The notes beneath the pieces were generated by a model. It did not search any database. It was not told the origin of the DNA and worked only from the letters and a program-made list of their open reading frames with translations. The position numbers were made by a program, and so were the translations under genes. A stretch of 64,000 bases of DNA from Acutalibacteraceae bacterium (GTDB lineage Bacteria; Bacillota; Clostridia; Oscillospirales; Acutalibacteraceae), in NCBI GenBank assembly GCA_045534895.1, contig JAZSKN010000033.1:890-64889 (forward strand), in the 5' to 3' direction. Below are positions 9,058 through 17,432 of this stretch, one piece after another. Position 1 is the first letter of the stretch. Every line of letters begins with the position of its first letter.

Positions 9058-10563
9058 ATGAATATGGATGAATTTAATCAAAACTTAAACAATGAGGAAA
9101 CGGGCAAGCACGATACGCCAATGCAACCTGAACCCGACATAACACAACAACCCGAGTCTAATATAACCGAACAACCGCAGATTGATAACGACAAGCAGTC
9201 CAAACCGCAAAATACCATAGGTAACGATGCACCTGTAACGCAGTCTTCTGAGCCTGCTGTTACAGAGCCTTTTATAAACGAAAATAGCACGGTTAATTAC
9301 GGTGGGTATAGTAGTGCGCCGCAGTCAAGCGTGTGGCAAAAGGTAGAGTACAGCCCTGTAGGAAATATAGATGATTATAAGCCGATGGCAAAAGGTATGA
9401 AGGTCTTTTGCTTTATAATGGCAGCGGTTATAGCGCTTACTGCCGCAACAACTACAGGCTATTTTGTGGGTCGCAATAGTGTTTCAAATTCACACATAGG
9501 CAATACGGTTAATGTTGAGCTTGATGCACGCCCTACCAATAAAGAACAAAGCACACCTTCACAGGTTTATAATATGCTTAACGAATCGGTTGTTGGTATA
9601 AGAGTTTATAACGAAGCAGGCCAGCAAAGCGATGCATCGGGCGTATTTTATTCTGAAGACGGTTATATTGTAACAAATGACCACATTTATTCAGAGGTAG
9701 GCGCTGCAAAGTTTAAGGTATTTACCTTTGACGGTACCGAATATGATGCCGACTATGTTGCGGGCGATACGGTAAGCGATCTTGCCGTGCTTAAAATAAA
9801 GGGCAATAAAAAGTTTAAGGTAGCACAGTTTGGCGATTCGAGTCAGCTTATCAACGGAGAAGACGTTGTAGCCATTGGCAGACCTAATGATGCTACCGAC
9901 AGTTCTTCTATTACAAGCGGCATAATTTCTCTTACAAGTCGTCGCGTAAAAACTACATCAAGCTATACTGCACGACTTATTCAAACCGATAGCGCAATAA
10001 ATCCGGGTTCTTCTGGTGGCGCGCTTGTTAATATGTACGGTCAGGTTATTGGTATTACGTCTTCAAAATTGGCGGGTGTAGAGTACGATGCAATAGGTTT
10101 TGCTATTCCTACCAAAACAATGAAGCGTGTTGTAGAGCAATTAATAAAAGACGGCAAGGTTACCGATCGCGCAAAGCTTGGTATAACATATACCGAGGTT
10201 AATTCGGTTACAGCCGAGATTGAAAATTACGCCGCCGTTGGTCTTTTGGTAGTATCTGTTGGTGAAGACAGCGATGTTTACGGCAAATTGGGCGAGGGTG
10301 ATATAATTACCCATGTAAACGGCACACCAATTACCAATGATGAAATAGTGCTTGATGTTATAGAAGACTGCAAGGCGGGCGATACAATTTCGCTAACAGT
10401 GCTACACGCTGACGAAAGCATTAAGGATTATCAGGTAAAGCTTGGCGCTAATATTGGCGAATCAAGCTACTCTAAAGAAATTACACAGCGTGAAAATCCC
10501 TCGGGTAATCAATTGCCCGAAGGTTCAGAGGGTGGAATATTTGATTTTCCGTTCGGCGAATAA
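9058..10563 (+). CDS. HtrA/DegP-like S1C serine protease with PDZ domain
   Basis: Low-complexity N-terminus and one TM helix. Trypsin-fold catalytic residues are present (TNDHI, DLAVLKI, GSSGGALVN), followed by a C-terminal PDZ. Confidence 0.85.
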   Translation: MNMDEFNQNLNNEETGKHDTPMQPEPDITQQPESNITEQPQIDNDKQSKPQNTIGNDAPVTQSSEPAVTEPFINENSTVNYGGYSSAPQSSVWQKVEYSPVGNIDDYKPMAKGMKVFCFIMAAVIALTAATTTGYFVGRNSVSNSHIGNTVNVELDARPTNKEQSTPSQVYNMLNESVVGIRVYNEAGQQSDASGVFYSEDGYIVTNDHIYSEVGAAKFKVFTFDGTEYDADYVAGDTVSDLAVLKIKGNKKFKVAQFGDSSQLINGEDVVAIGRPNDATDSSSITSGIISLTSRRVKTTSSYTARLIQTDSAINPGSSGGALVNMYGQVIGITSSKLAGVEYDAIGFAIPTKTMKRVVEQLIKDGKVTDRAKLGITYTEVNSVTAEIENYAAVGLLVVSVGEDSDVYGKLGEGDIITHVNGTPITNDEIVLDVIEDCKAGDTISLTVLHADESIKDYQVKLGANIGESSYSKEITQRENPSGNQLPEGSEGGIFDFPFGE

Positions 10564-10690
10564 AAATTAATACTAATCGAAGGGGACAGTTGCAAAAAAA
10601 TGCAACTGTTCTTTTTTGTTTTATAAAAAAATTTACCTATATTAAAAATCTTTGTTTTGGGAAAATTAAAAATTAAAGGGAGGTTAAAAA

Positions 10691-11923
10691 ATGAAAAAAT
10701 TTATAAAAATAACCTTTGCGCTTTTATTGTTATTTTGCAGTTACGTATTTACTTCAATATATATAATGAGCGATAATTTTGCGGACAGCTACAAGCTTAA
10801 CCGTGGCGATGTTTTTAAAATGGACACGCCCATACCCATTACGGCAAGCTATAACGGGGTAAAGATAACTAAAGGCTTATCGGGTAAAAACGTGGGAGAT
10901 AATTTTGATATAGATCTTAAAATTTTTGGCGTTATTCCGTTTAGTACCGTAAGCGTAGAAATTGTAGACAGTATGTACGTACAGGTTTTGGGTGAGCCAT
11001 TTGGTATGAAAATATATACCGACGGTGTGCTTGTTGTAGGCAGTACGGATATTTTGACCGGTCAGGGCAAAATTAACCCCGCGTTAAATGCGGGTATAAA
11101 GGTTGGCGATTATATTAAAACGGTAAACGGTAAAACAATTACCTGCAACGAAGATTTATTACAGCTTGTAAGTGAATCACAGGGCAGTACAATGAAGTTT
11201 GAGGTTATTAGAGATGAGAAAATCTCTGTTTATAACGTGGAGCCTCAAAAAGAAAAGGACAGCGGCATTTACCGTATTGGTATATGGGTGCGTGACAGCT
11301 CGGCAGGTATTGGCACACTTACTTTTTATAGCCCGTCAAACAATGTGGTATGCGGCTTGGGGCACGGTATATGCGACACCGATACCGACGATTTATTAAA
11401 GGTATACAAGGGTGAGCTTGTAAAGGCGAGCATAATAGGCGTAGAAAAGGGTTCGTCGGGAAATCCCGGCGCGTTAAAAGGAAAACTAAGCTATGACAGC
11501 ATTGCTAACGTAAGCCTTAATTGCGAATGCGGCGTGTATGGTATTATAGGTGAAAAAGCAACGCAAAACAAATTAACCAAGGTGGCATTAAAGCAAGAAG
11601 TTAAAGACGGCTACGCACAAATTTTATGCACGGTAGAGGGCGAAACGCCTAAATATTATGACTGCGAAATTAAAAAAATTGGCGACAAAACCGCCAAAAC
11701 ACAAAATCTTATAGTAAAAGTAACCGACAAAGCGCTTATTTCAAAAACAGGCGGCATTGTGCAGGGTATGTCGGGCAGTCCTATTTTGCAAGATGGAAAG
11801 TTAGTGGGAGCCTTAACCCACGTGCTTGTGGATGACAGTAAAACGGGGTATGGAATTTATGCCGAGAATATGTTAGAAACGGCAGAGAGTGTGGCAGAGG
11901 AAGAGTTAAAACAAGCATCTTAA
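10691..11923 (+). CDS. spoIVB: SpoIVB peptidase (S55, sigma-K checkpoint protease)
   Basis: Signal anchor, PDZ (GIKVGDYIKTVNGKTI), and an S55 core with GLGHGI and GMSGSPILQDGKLVGALTHV. Confidence 0.85.
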   Translation: MKKFIKITFALLLLFCSYVFTSIYIMSDNFADSYKLNRGDVFKMDTPIPITASYNGVKITKGLSGKNVGDNFDIDLKIFGVIPFSTVSVEIVDSMYVQVLGEPFGMKIYTDGVLVVGSTDILTGQGKINPALNAGIKVGDYIKTVNGKTITCNEDLLQLVSESQGSTMKFEVIRDEKISVYNVEPQKEKDSGIYRIGIWVRDSSAGIGTLTFYSPSNNVVCGLGHGICDTDTDDLLKVYKGELVKASIIGVEKGSSGNPGALKGKLSYDSIANVSLNCECGVYGIIGEKATQNKLTKVALKQEVKDGYAQILCTVEGETPKYYDCEIKKIGDKTAKTQNLIVKVTDKALISKTGGIVQGMSGSPILQDGKLVGALTHVLVDDSKTGYGIYAENMLETAESVAEEELKQAS

Positions 11924-11970
11924 ACATAAACAGCCGTGTATCTGCTCGGCTGTTTATACATATAATAATA

Positions 11971-11999
11971 TTGACAATATCACGATATCGTGATATAAT
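11971..11999 (+). promoter_or_regulatory. Promoter with an embedded 20-bp perfect palindrome (probable autoregulatory operator)
   Basis: TTGACA (11971-11976), 17 nt, then TATAAT (11994-11999). atatcacgat|atcgtgatat (11977-11996) is a perfect inverted repeat that fills the spacer. Confidence 0.6.
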
Positions 12000-12021
12000 G
12001 ATTTTGCAAAGGAGTGATGAT

Positions 12022-12276
12022 ATGCCTGTATTATCAAGATTTTACGGAATAATTATAAGAATGTATTTTCAGCAATCGGAGCATAATCCACCGCATTTTC
12101 ATGCAATTTACGGCGAGCATACAGCAGCGATTTGTATTGAAGACGGTGGTGTTTTGGATGGCGCACTGCCAAAGAAAGCCCTTGAAATGGTGCTTGAATG
12201 GCGCGAAATTCACAAGGCTGATTTACTAAAAATTTGGGAAACTCAGGAGTTTATAGAGCTTAGTCCTTTAGAGTAA
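12022..12276 (+). CDS. DUF4160-family small protein
   Basis: MPVLSRFYGIIIRMYFQQSEHNPPHFHAIYGEH matches the DUF4160 pattern. The AAAGGAG RBS is at 12008-12014. The track start at 11971 is actually the -35 box. Confidence 0.7.
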   Translation: MPVLSRFYGIIIRMYFQQSEHNPPHFHAIYGEHTAAICIEDGGVLDGALPKKALEMVLEWREIHKADLLKIWETQEFIELSPLE

Positions 12277-12288
12277 GGGGGATTTAGA

Positions 12289-12723
12289 ATGTTTCATAAA
12301 GTAAAAAATGTTAATGCCTTACCAAATTATAGGCTATGTGTTCAATTTGCAGAGGGTGTTACAAAAATTTATGATGTGGCGCCGCTTTTTGAGAAATATA
12401 AATTTTTTATGCCATTAAAAGATAATGCCGAACTTTTTAGTTGTGTTACTGTTGACCAAGGTGGTTATGGCATCGTATGGAACGATGATATTGATGTTTC
12501 TTGCGATGAGTTGTGGGCAAATGGCGAAGTTATAGAAACACCGTTTGACGGACTTATGGCATTTAGTGATGCTACTTTTCTTTGGAATTTAAATGAAAGC
12601 ACACTTAGAAAAGCCATAAATTACGGCAAGCTTGTAAACGGTGTCGATGTTTGTAAGTTTGGTAAACAATGGGTAATTTCTATAGATGCAATGATAAGAG
12701 AATACGGAAATCCTGTTAGGTAA
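12289..12723 (+). CDS. DUF2442-domain protein fused to a C-terminal HTH
   Basis: The N-terminal ~75 aa are DUF2442-like (VNALPNYRLCVQFAEGVTKIYD). The C-terminus FLWNLNESTLRKAINYGKL..GKQWVISIDAM resembles an excisionase/MerR-type HTH. Confidence 0.6.
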   Translation: MFHKVKNVNALPNYRLCVQFAEGVTKIYDVAPLFEKYKFFMPLKDNAELFSCVTVDQGGYGIVWNDDIDVSCDELWANGEVIETPFDGLMAFSDATFLWNLNESTLRKAINYGKLVNGVDVCKFGKQWVISIDAMIREYGNPVR

Positions 12724-12740
12724 ATAATCAAAAATAAAAA

Positions 12741-12768
12741 CCTCAAGTCTAACTTTCGAGACTTGAGG
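12741..12768. terminator. Bidirectional intrinsic terminator between convergent genes
   Basis: A 10-bp stem cctcaagtct/agacttgagg is flanked by an A-run and a T-run. Confidence 0.7.
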
Positions 12769-12770
12769 TT

Positions 12771-13016
12771 TTAATCATTTATGCCCAGTAACCAGTTAAC
12801 AGTTACTTTTAATATTTTTGCAAGTTCACGTAGTTCGTAATCGGCGACAAAACGTGTGCCTATTTCTATTCGTGATATACTATCGCGTTCAATTATAATT
12901 CCGTTAATCTGCAGTTGTGCCGCTAAATCGCTCTGCGTAAGGCGCAGTTTACAGCGTGCTTCGTGAATACGTTCGCCGCAAATATTTTTCTTGCCGTTAT
13001 AGTCATAAATCTTCAT
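12771..13016 (-). CDS. XRE-family HTH transcriptional regulator
   Basis: 81 aa. ERIHEARCKLRLTQSDLAAQLQ..ISRIE.G is an HTH_3 motif. The gene is divergent from the SPFH operon. Confidence 0.8.
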   Translation of the reverse strand: MKIYDYNGKKNICGERIHEARCKLRLTQSDLAAQLQINGIIIERDSISRIEIGTRFVADYELRELAKILKVTVNWLLGIND

Positions 13017-13042
13017 ACAATTATTTTCTCCCCTAATATGCT

Positions 13043-13105
13043 AAAGATAAGAAATTATCTTGACTTTAGCATATTTCGACCTTATAATTGTGTTAAAGAT
13101 AAGAA
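13043..13105 (+). promoter_or_regulatory. Promoter of the SPFH operon bracketed by repeated AAAGATAAGAA boxes
   Basis: TTGACT (13060-13065), 17 nt, then TATAAT (13083-13088). The 11-mer AAAGATAAGAA occurs at 13043-13053 (with an inverted partner ttatctt) and at 13095-13105. Confidence 0.55.
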
Positions 13106-13136
13106 TTTTTGATTTTTGCGAATAGGAGGTAATTTT

Positions 13137-14309
13137 ATGGCACAAATTGCTGAAATTATCAAATACGAGGGCGACAATAGTACCTTTATATGGAAACATC
13201 CATGTGAGGATTTTAACAGTTTAACTCAGCTTATTGTGCACGAGAGCCAAGAAGCCATTTTCTTTATGAATGGTCAGGCACTGGATATGTTCGGTCCTGG
13301 ACGGCACACACTTGAAACTCAAAACATCCCGCTTCTCAGGAAGTTTATCAACATTCCCACAGACGGTGAAACACCTTTCCACTGCGAAGTTTATTTTATA
13401 AATAAAACCGAGCAGATGGCTATTAAATGGGGTACTGACAGTAAAGTTCAGTATGTTGAACCTACATATAAGTTCCCGTTATCAATCGGTGCATCCGGTG
13501 AAATGGCACTTAGCGTTGAGGATTCCCGAAAACTGCTTGTAAAACTTGTTGGCACCGAGCGCGTTCTTGATAGAAATCAGCTTACTACTTTCTTCCGTGC
13601 GTTCCTTGTGACAAGGGTTAAAACCTACATCGCACAAGAAATGAAAGCAAGTGCCATCAATATTTTTGAGATTGATGAAAGTCTGGAAGTTTTCTCTAAA
13701 GGGATTCAGGCGCGTTTACTTGGTGATTTTGAAGAATACGGCGTAACACTAAATCGCTTTTTTGTAACTACCATAGTTAAGCCCGACGGAGATCCACAAT
13801 ATGAAAAATTCAAAGAACTGCACTTCCGTCAGTATGCGGATATTGCGGAAGCGAAGTTAAAGCAGCAAACCGACGTTATCTACGCTCAGACTGAAGCTCA
13901 AAAAACCGTTATCGAGTCGCAAGCGTTGGCACAGAAACGTGCTACCGAAGGTTATACCTATCAACAAGAACGCGGCTTTGATGTTGCTGAACACGCCGCA
14001 CAAAACGAAGGCGTTGGCGAGTTCACAAATATGGGTATCGGTCTTGGTGTTATGTCAGGTATCGGAGGCACTGTTGGCGGTATGGTCGGCGGTGTTGTAA
14101 ATGATGCTTTTGCAGGAGTTGCCGTTGGGCCACAAACTATTGGAAATGCCTTCTGCGATAACTGCGGAGCAAAGCTAACACCCGGCGCTGCTTTCTGTGA
14201 TGAGTGTGGCGCACCGCAGTCATCACCGGATACTTGTAGCAACTGCGGATTTAAGTTTATTAAACCCGGCAAATTCTGCCCGAAATGTGGAACGAAAAGG
14301 GAGGGTTGA
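13137..14309 (+). CDS. SPFH/band-7 domain protein with C-terminal double zinc ribbon (YdjI/COG4260-like)
   Basis: The N-terminus IIKYEGDNSTFIWKHP..LIVHESQEAIFFMNGQ is typical of COG4260. A Gly-rich linker follows, then FCDNCGAKL..FCDECG and CSNCG..FCPKCG. The start is at ATG 13137 after an AGGAGG RBS. Confidence 0.7.
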   Translation: MAQIAEIIKYEGDNSTFIWKHPCEDFNSLTQLIVHESQEAIFFMNGQALDMFGPGRHTLETQNIPLLRKFINIPTDGETPFHCEVYFINKTEQMAIKWGTDSKVQYVEPTYKFPLSIGASGEMALSVEDSRKLLVKLVGTERVLDRNQLTTFFRAFLVTRVKTYIAQEMKASAINIFEIDESLEVFSKGIQARLLGDFEEYGVTLNRFFVTTIVKPDGDPQYEKFKELHFRQYADIAEAKLKQQTDVIYAQTEAQKTVIESQALAQKRATEGYTYQQERGFDVAEHAAQNEGVGEFTNMGIGLGVMSGIGGTVGGMVGGVVNDAFAGVAVGPQTIGNAFCDNCGAKLTPGAAFCDECGAPQSSPDTCSNCGFKFIKPGKFCPKCGTKREG

Positions 14310-14312
14310 TAA

Positions 14313-14981
14313 ATGAAGAAAAACAAGGGTATGGCTTATGCCGTATTAGCAATAGCATTTGTTCTTTTTAATATTATTGCCTTTGCAGTTCCAACGGCTA
14401 AAACAGCAACATTCTGGATTGCTTATGCGTTTTCCGTTGTTGCTTTTGCTTCACAAATTGTTATATGGGAATTCGCATTCAAAGGTGCAGATACTCTGAA
14501 AAGTAAATTTCTCGGCATTCCGTTAATCTCTGTTGGGATTACATATTTAGTCATTCAGATTATCGCATTTGCAGTATTTATGGCACTACCTTTAACGGCA
14601 AGTTGGATTGCTATTGTGGTGTGCGCATTAATTCTTGGCATTTCAGCAATTTGCTTGATTGGAACGGAAACCGGAAGAGAAGAGATCAACCGTGTTGAAG
14701 AGAAAGTTGAAAAAAAGGTCTTTTATATCAAGTCGCTTCAGGTTGATGTGGAAATGCTAGCGAGCGCAGAGCAAGATTCCGATACAAAAATGGCACTTAC
14801 AAAACTTGCTGAGAAAATTCGGTTTAGTGATCCAATGAGCGACGAAGCTCTCGTAGACCTTGAAGCAAAAATTACTGCTAAAGTCGAAGAACTCAAAACC
14901 GCAGAAGATAAAGCGGAAATTATTACAGTCCTTGATTCGCTTTTAACTGAGCGTAATAAAAAATGTCGTATACTGAAGTGA
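14313..14981 (+). CDS. Membrane protein (4 TM) with C-terminal coiled-coil
   Basis: Four hydrophobic helices are followed by a charged helical tail. It starts 4 nt after the SPFH gene stop. Confidence 0.55.
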   Translation: MKKNKGMAYAVLAIAFVLFNIIAFAVPTAKTATFWIAYAFSVVAFASQIVIWEFAFKGADTLKSKFLGIPLISVGITYLVIQIIAFAVFMALPLTASWIAIVVCALILGISAICLIGTETGREEINRVEEKVEKKVFYIKSLQVDVEMLASAEQDSDTKMALTKLAEKIRFSDPMSDEALVDLEAKITAKVEELKTAEDKAEIITVLDSLLTERNKKCRILK

Positions 14982-14991
14982 GGATATCGTT

Positions 14992-15228
14992 ATGGATTAT
15001 GAACACTGGTTACAAAAGGCAATGGAAGGTATCAAAAGGACTCCTAATAACACAATTTTCCTTGTAAAAGAACTATTTCAGGGAACAGAGTGGAATGACT
15101 TGCCAAGAGGAGATAAACTGAGATTTGGTGCTTATTTTAAGAATTCGGTGAACGAAGGAACAATTCCAAACATTAATTATGTGGGCAAAGCAGCCAATAA
15201 CTCTGCTCAATATAAAAAATATAAATAG
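14992..15228 (+). CDS. Small soluble protein (DUF1413-like, from memory only)
   Basis: 78 aa. FLVKELFQGTEWNDLPRGDKLRFGAYFKNSVNEG resembles the DUF1413 pattern. It is tightly packed in the operon. Confidence 0.4.
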   Translation: MDYEHWLQKAMEGIKRTPNNTIFLVKELFQGTEWNDLPRGDKLRFGAYFKNSVNEGTIPNINYVGKAANNSAQYKKYK

Positions 15229-15239
15229 GAGACGATAAA

Positions 15240-16526
15240 ATGAAACAATTAACTTGTGAAATGTGCGGCGGAAATGAGATTTTAAAACAAGATGGTGTTT
15301 TTGTTTGTCAGTCTTGTGGAACAAAATATACCGTCGAAGAAGCAAAGAAAATGATGGTTGAGATTGATGGTCCCGTAGAAGTAAAAGGAACGGTAAAGGT
15401 TGACAATTCCCAAAATATAACTAATATGTCAAAAATGGCAGACGATGCATTTAATGGAGGCAATTTTCAACAGGCATATAATCTTTATCAATCTATTCTA
15501 CAAAATGATTACGAAAACGCTCATGCAACTTTTATGCTTGGGCTTAGTAGTGCATATTTGTCAACATTAGCAAATTTAAATGTTAATGAGTTGGTTCAAT
15601 CAATTAAAAAGTCATTTAAAATTATGGAAGCGAACGTAGCAGAAGAGGATTATCATCAGTTTGTTTTTTCCGTTTTACAACTGACAAACACGTTTTGTTG
15701 TTCTTTCCATGATTTAGCAGTTAAGCACCGTAATAAGTATCAAAGTTTAAAATCCACCGCAGAAGATTTTTGGGAACACACAAGAAAACTTTTGTTTTGT
15801 TTAGAAAATCTTTTATTACTATTGCCTGAGAAATTTTTGGCTAATGGTGAAAACGAGCCCGTAATATGGCGTGTCATAAGGAGCGCACAACAGTGTATTG
15901 ATGATATAAATGCCACACTGCAATATGTTAATGGAACTAAGGTTGTAGGCAGAGGTTTGTATGGTGGAGAAATACTTGGTGATAATTGGGTAGAAATTAA
16001 TGCGAGTTATGAAATTATAAAATATGCTGAATCTGCTGAAAATAGAATTAAAGCAATTAAAAATAAATTGCCATCTGTAATTAACCAAAAAAACAAAGAA
16101 AACAAAGCGAAAAAGGCAAGAGAAGAGTTTCTAAAAAATAATCCGGCAATAAAGAATTATCTAGAAAAGAAAATTAAAGATGCAGAAAGCGAGTTAAATA
16201 AAAATGAGAATAGACATACTGCAGCATTTGCGCTTTTAAATTCTATAGTTGCGTTAGGTCTTTTAATATTTTTTATTATATACACACCGCTATGGTGGTG
16301 GTCTCCGGATTCATCAGATATGGTGAGTTTTTTTCTTACGTTTATATGTCTAGTTTCTACATCTATTTTAAGTGTGCACTTTTGGAAAAGATTAAATGAT
16401 GAAAATAAACTAAATACCGAAAACAGAAGTTTATTATTAAAATATCAACCTATGTATCAAAATCCAATTGAATACGAAGAGGCTATAAGGAAAGAAATGT
16501 CAAAGGAGAATAGCGGTGAAGTGTGA
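15240..16526 (+). CDS. N-terminal zinc-ribbon, helical-repeat, C-terminal 2-TM protein
   Basis: CEMCGGNE..VCQSCGTKY zinc ribbon, a TPR-like helical middle, a coiled-coil, then two TM helices (AAFALLNSIVALGLLIFFIIY, FFLTFICLVSTSILSV). Confidence 0.55.
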   Translation: MKQLTCEMCGGNEILKQDGVFVCQSCGTKYTVEEAKKMMVEIDGPVEVKGTVKVDNSQNITNMSKMADDAFNGGNFQQAYNLYQSILQNDYENAHATFMLGLSSAYLSTLANLNVNELVQSIKKSFKIMEANVAEEDYHQFVFSVLQLTNTFCCSFHDLAVKHRNKYQSLKSTAEDFWEHTRKLLFCLENLLLLLPEKFLANGENEPVIWRVIRSAQQCIDDINATLQYVNGTKVVGRGLYGGEILGDNWVEINASYEIIKYAESAENRIKAIKNKLPSVINQKNKENKAKKAREEFLKNNPAIKNYLEKKIKDAESELNKNENRHTAAFALLNSIVALGLLIFFIIYTPLWWWSPDSSDMVSFFLTFICLVSTSILSVHFWKRLNDENKLNTENRSLLLKYQPMYQNPIEYEEAIRKEMSKENSGEV

Positions 16527-16701
16527 ATATAAAAACTGTGGACATAAAATGAAGATTGAACATATGGACAAAGGTGGATACCCACGTACATATAGATGTA
16601 ATGTATGCCAGGCATTTACAATTGTAGATAAAAGCGGTTTGACCAAACGTTATGATCCCGACGGAAAATTATTCACCGCAAAACCTGAAACTTTGAGTTA
16701 A
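16516..16701 (+). CDS. Small Cys-containing protein
   Basis: 61 aa with C..C..H and CNVC. It overlaps the previous gene by 11 nt and is the last gene of the operon. Confidence 0.4.
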   Translation: MKCEYKNCGHKMKIEHMDKGGYPRTYRCNVCQAFTIVDKSGLTKRYDPDGKLFTAKPETLS

Positions 16702-16888
16702 ATAACTAGAGGGACAAGTGACGGTTTTACGTCTTAGCTTATTGGTCCTAATATAACACGTATAAAAAATTTATATTTCCTATAATACAAAGAAATCGTG
16801 CCTAATGGGTGCGATTTCTTAGCGTTTAAGGGGAAATTTAGAAAATAATCGTCAAAAAACGTGTTGTATCTGCCTTGACACACTCGTG

Positions 16889-17053
16889 TCGGGAAGTCCT
16901 ATTTTGCAAGATGGTAAGCTTGTAGGGGCGCTGACACACGTGCTTGTTGATGACAGCAAGACTGGGTATGGAATTTATGCTGAGAATATGTTGGAGGTAG
17001 CAAACAACCTAGGGAACGACCTGCGTGTCATTCCGCAAAAGCAAGCGTCGTAA
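16889..17053 (+). pseudogene. Displaced 3' fragment of spoIVB
   Basis: It translates to SGSPILQDGKLVGALTHVLVDDSKTGYGIYAENMLEVANNLGNDLRVIPQKQAS*. The first 36 aa are identical to the end of the intact spoIVB. There is no start codon and no upstream catalytic part. Confidence 0.8.
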
Positions 17054-17087
17054 AAATGCACAATTCATAATGCATAATTAAAGAGGC

Positions 17088-17359
17088 GGATTGCCACGCC
17101 GATAAGATCGGCTCGCAATGACATCATTCTATATTGTGCTTTGCGTATGTCATTACGAGGCACGGTAGTGCCGTGGTAATCCGTAATACCAAAAATAGAA
17201 AACGGATTGCCACAGGGCTTCGGTCTCGGCTGCCGCCTCGGTCGGTGCTTCTGCTTTGCAGAGGTGTCCACCAGACACCCGCACCCTTCGCAATGACATT
17301 ATTATGTGTATTCTGCTTTATGCGTGTCATTGCGAGGAGCGATAGTGACGAAGCAATCC
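17088..17359. repeat. Cluster of four REP-like hairpin repeats (GTCATTGCGAG-N-GCAATCC family)
   Basis: The copies are 17088-17122 (-), 17149-17182 (+, ATTAC variant), 17204-17297 (-, long insert) and 17326-17359 (+). Each is an ATTGC..GCAAT stem around an inner stem-loop. Confidence 0.8.
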
Positions 17360-17432
17360 GTAATATCAAAAACAAAAACCCCAAGTCTTGAAAGTTAGAC
17401 TTGAGATTTTTGTTTTTTTAGTTTATTATCAT

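Larger units (their letters stand above)
11878..16888. mobile_element. Putative integrated island (~5 kb, no recombinase) in the 3' end of spoIVB
   Basis: It is bounded by two versions of the spoIVB tail (11771-11877 and 16889-16995) that encode the same 36 aa but differ at synonymous sites. Confidence 0.55.

Noticed and set aside
13961-14326. A 121-aa minus-strand ORF overlapping the end of the SPFH gene.
   Set aside because: It is antisense to the Gly-rich linker and zinc-ribbon region, its Pro/Thr-rich translation mirrors that composition, and it has no RBS.
11878-16888. Calling the spoIVB island an integrative mobilisable element or a prophage remnant.
   Set aside because: No integrase, excisionase, relaxase or phage structural gene is present. 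Only the duplicated target-gene tail supports mobility, so it is reported as a putative island with moderate confidence.
17088-17359. Possible CRISPR array, given closely spaced repeats.
   Set aside because: The copies alternate in orientation, the spacing is irregular (26 to 28 nt gaps with one 94-nt copy), the repeats are imperfect, and no cas genes are nearby.
17065-17391. Three overlapping ORFs (68, 86 and 85 aa) after the spoIVB remnant.
   Set aside because: They are translations of the hairpin repeat cluster in both orientations. They have no RBS, and the same peptides (e.g. AIRS.., VIARS..) recur wherever the repeat occurs.
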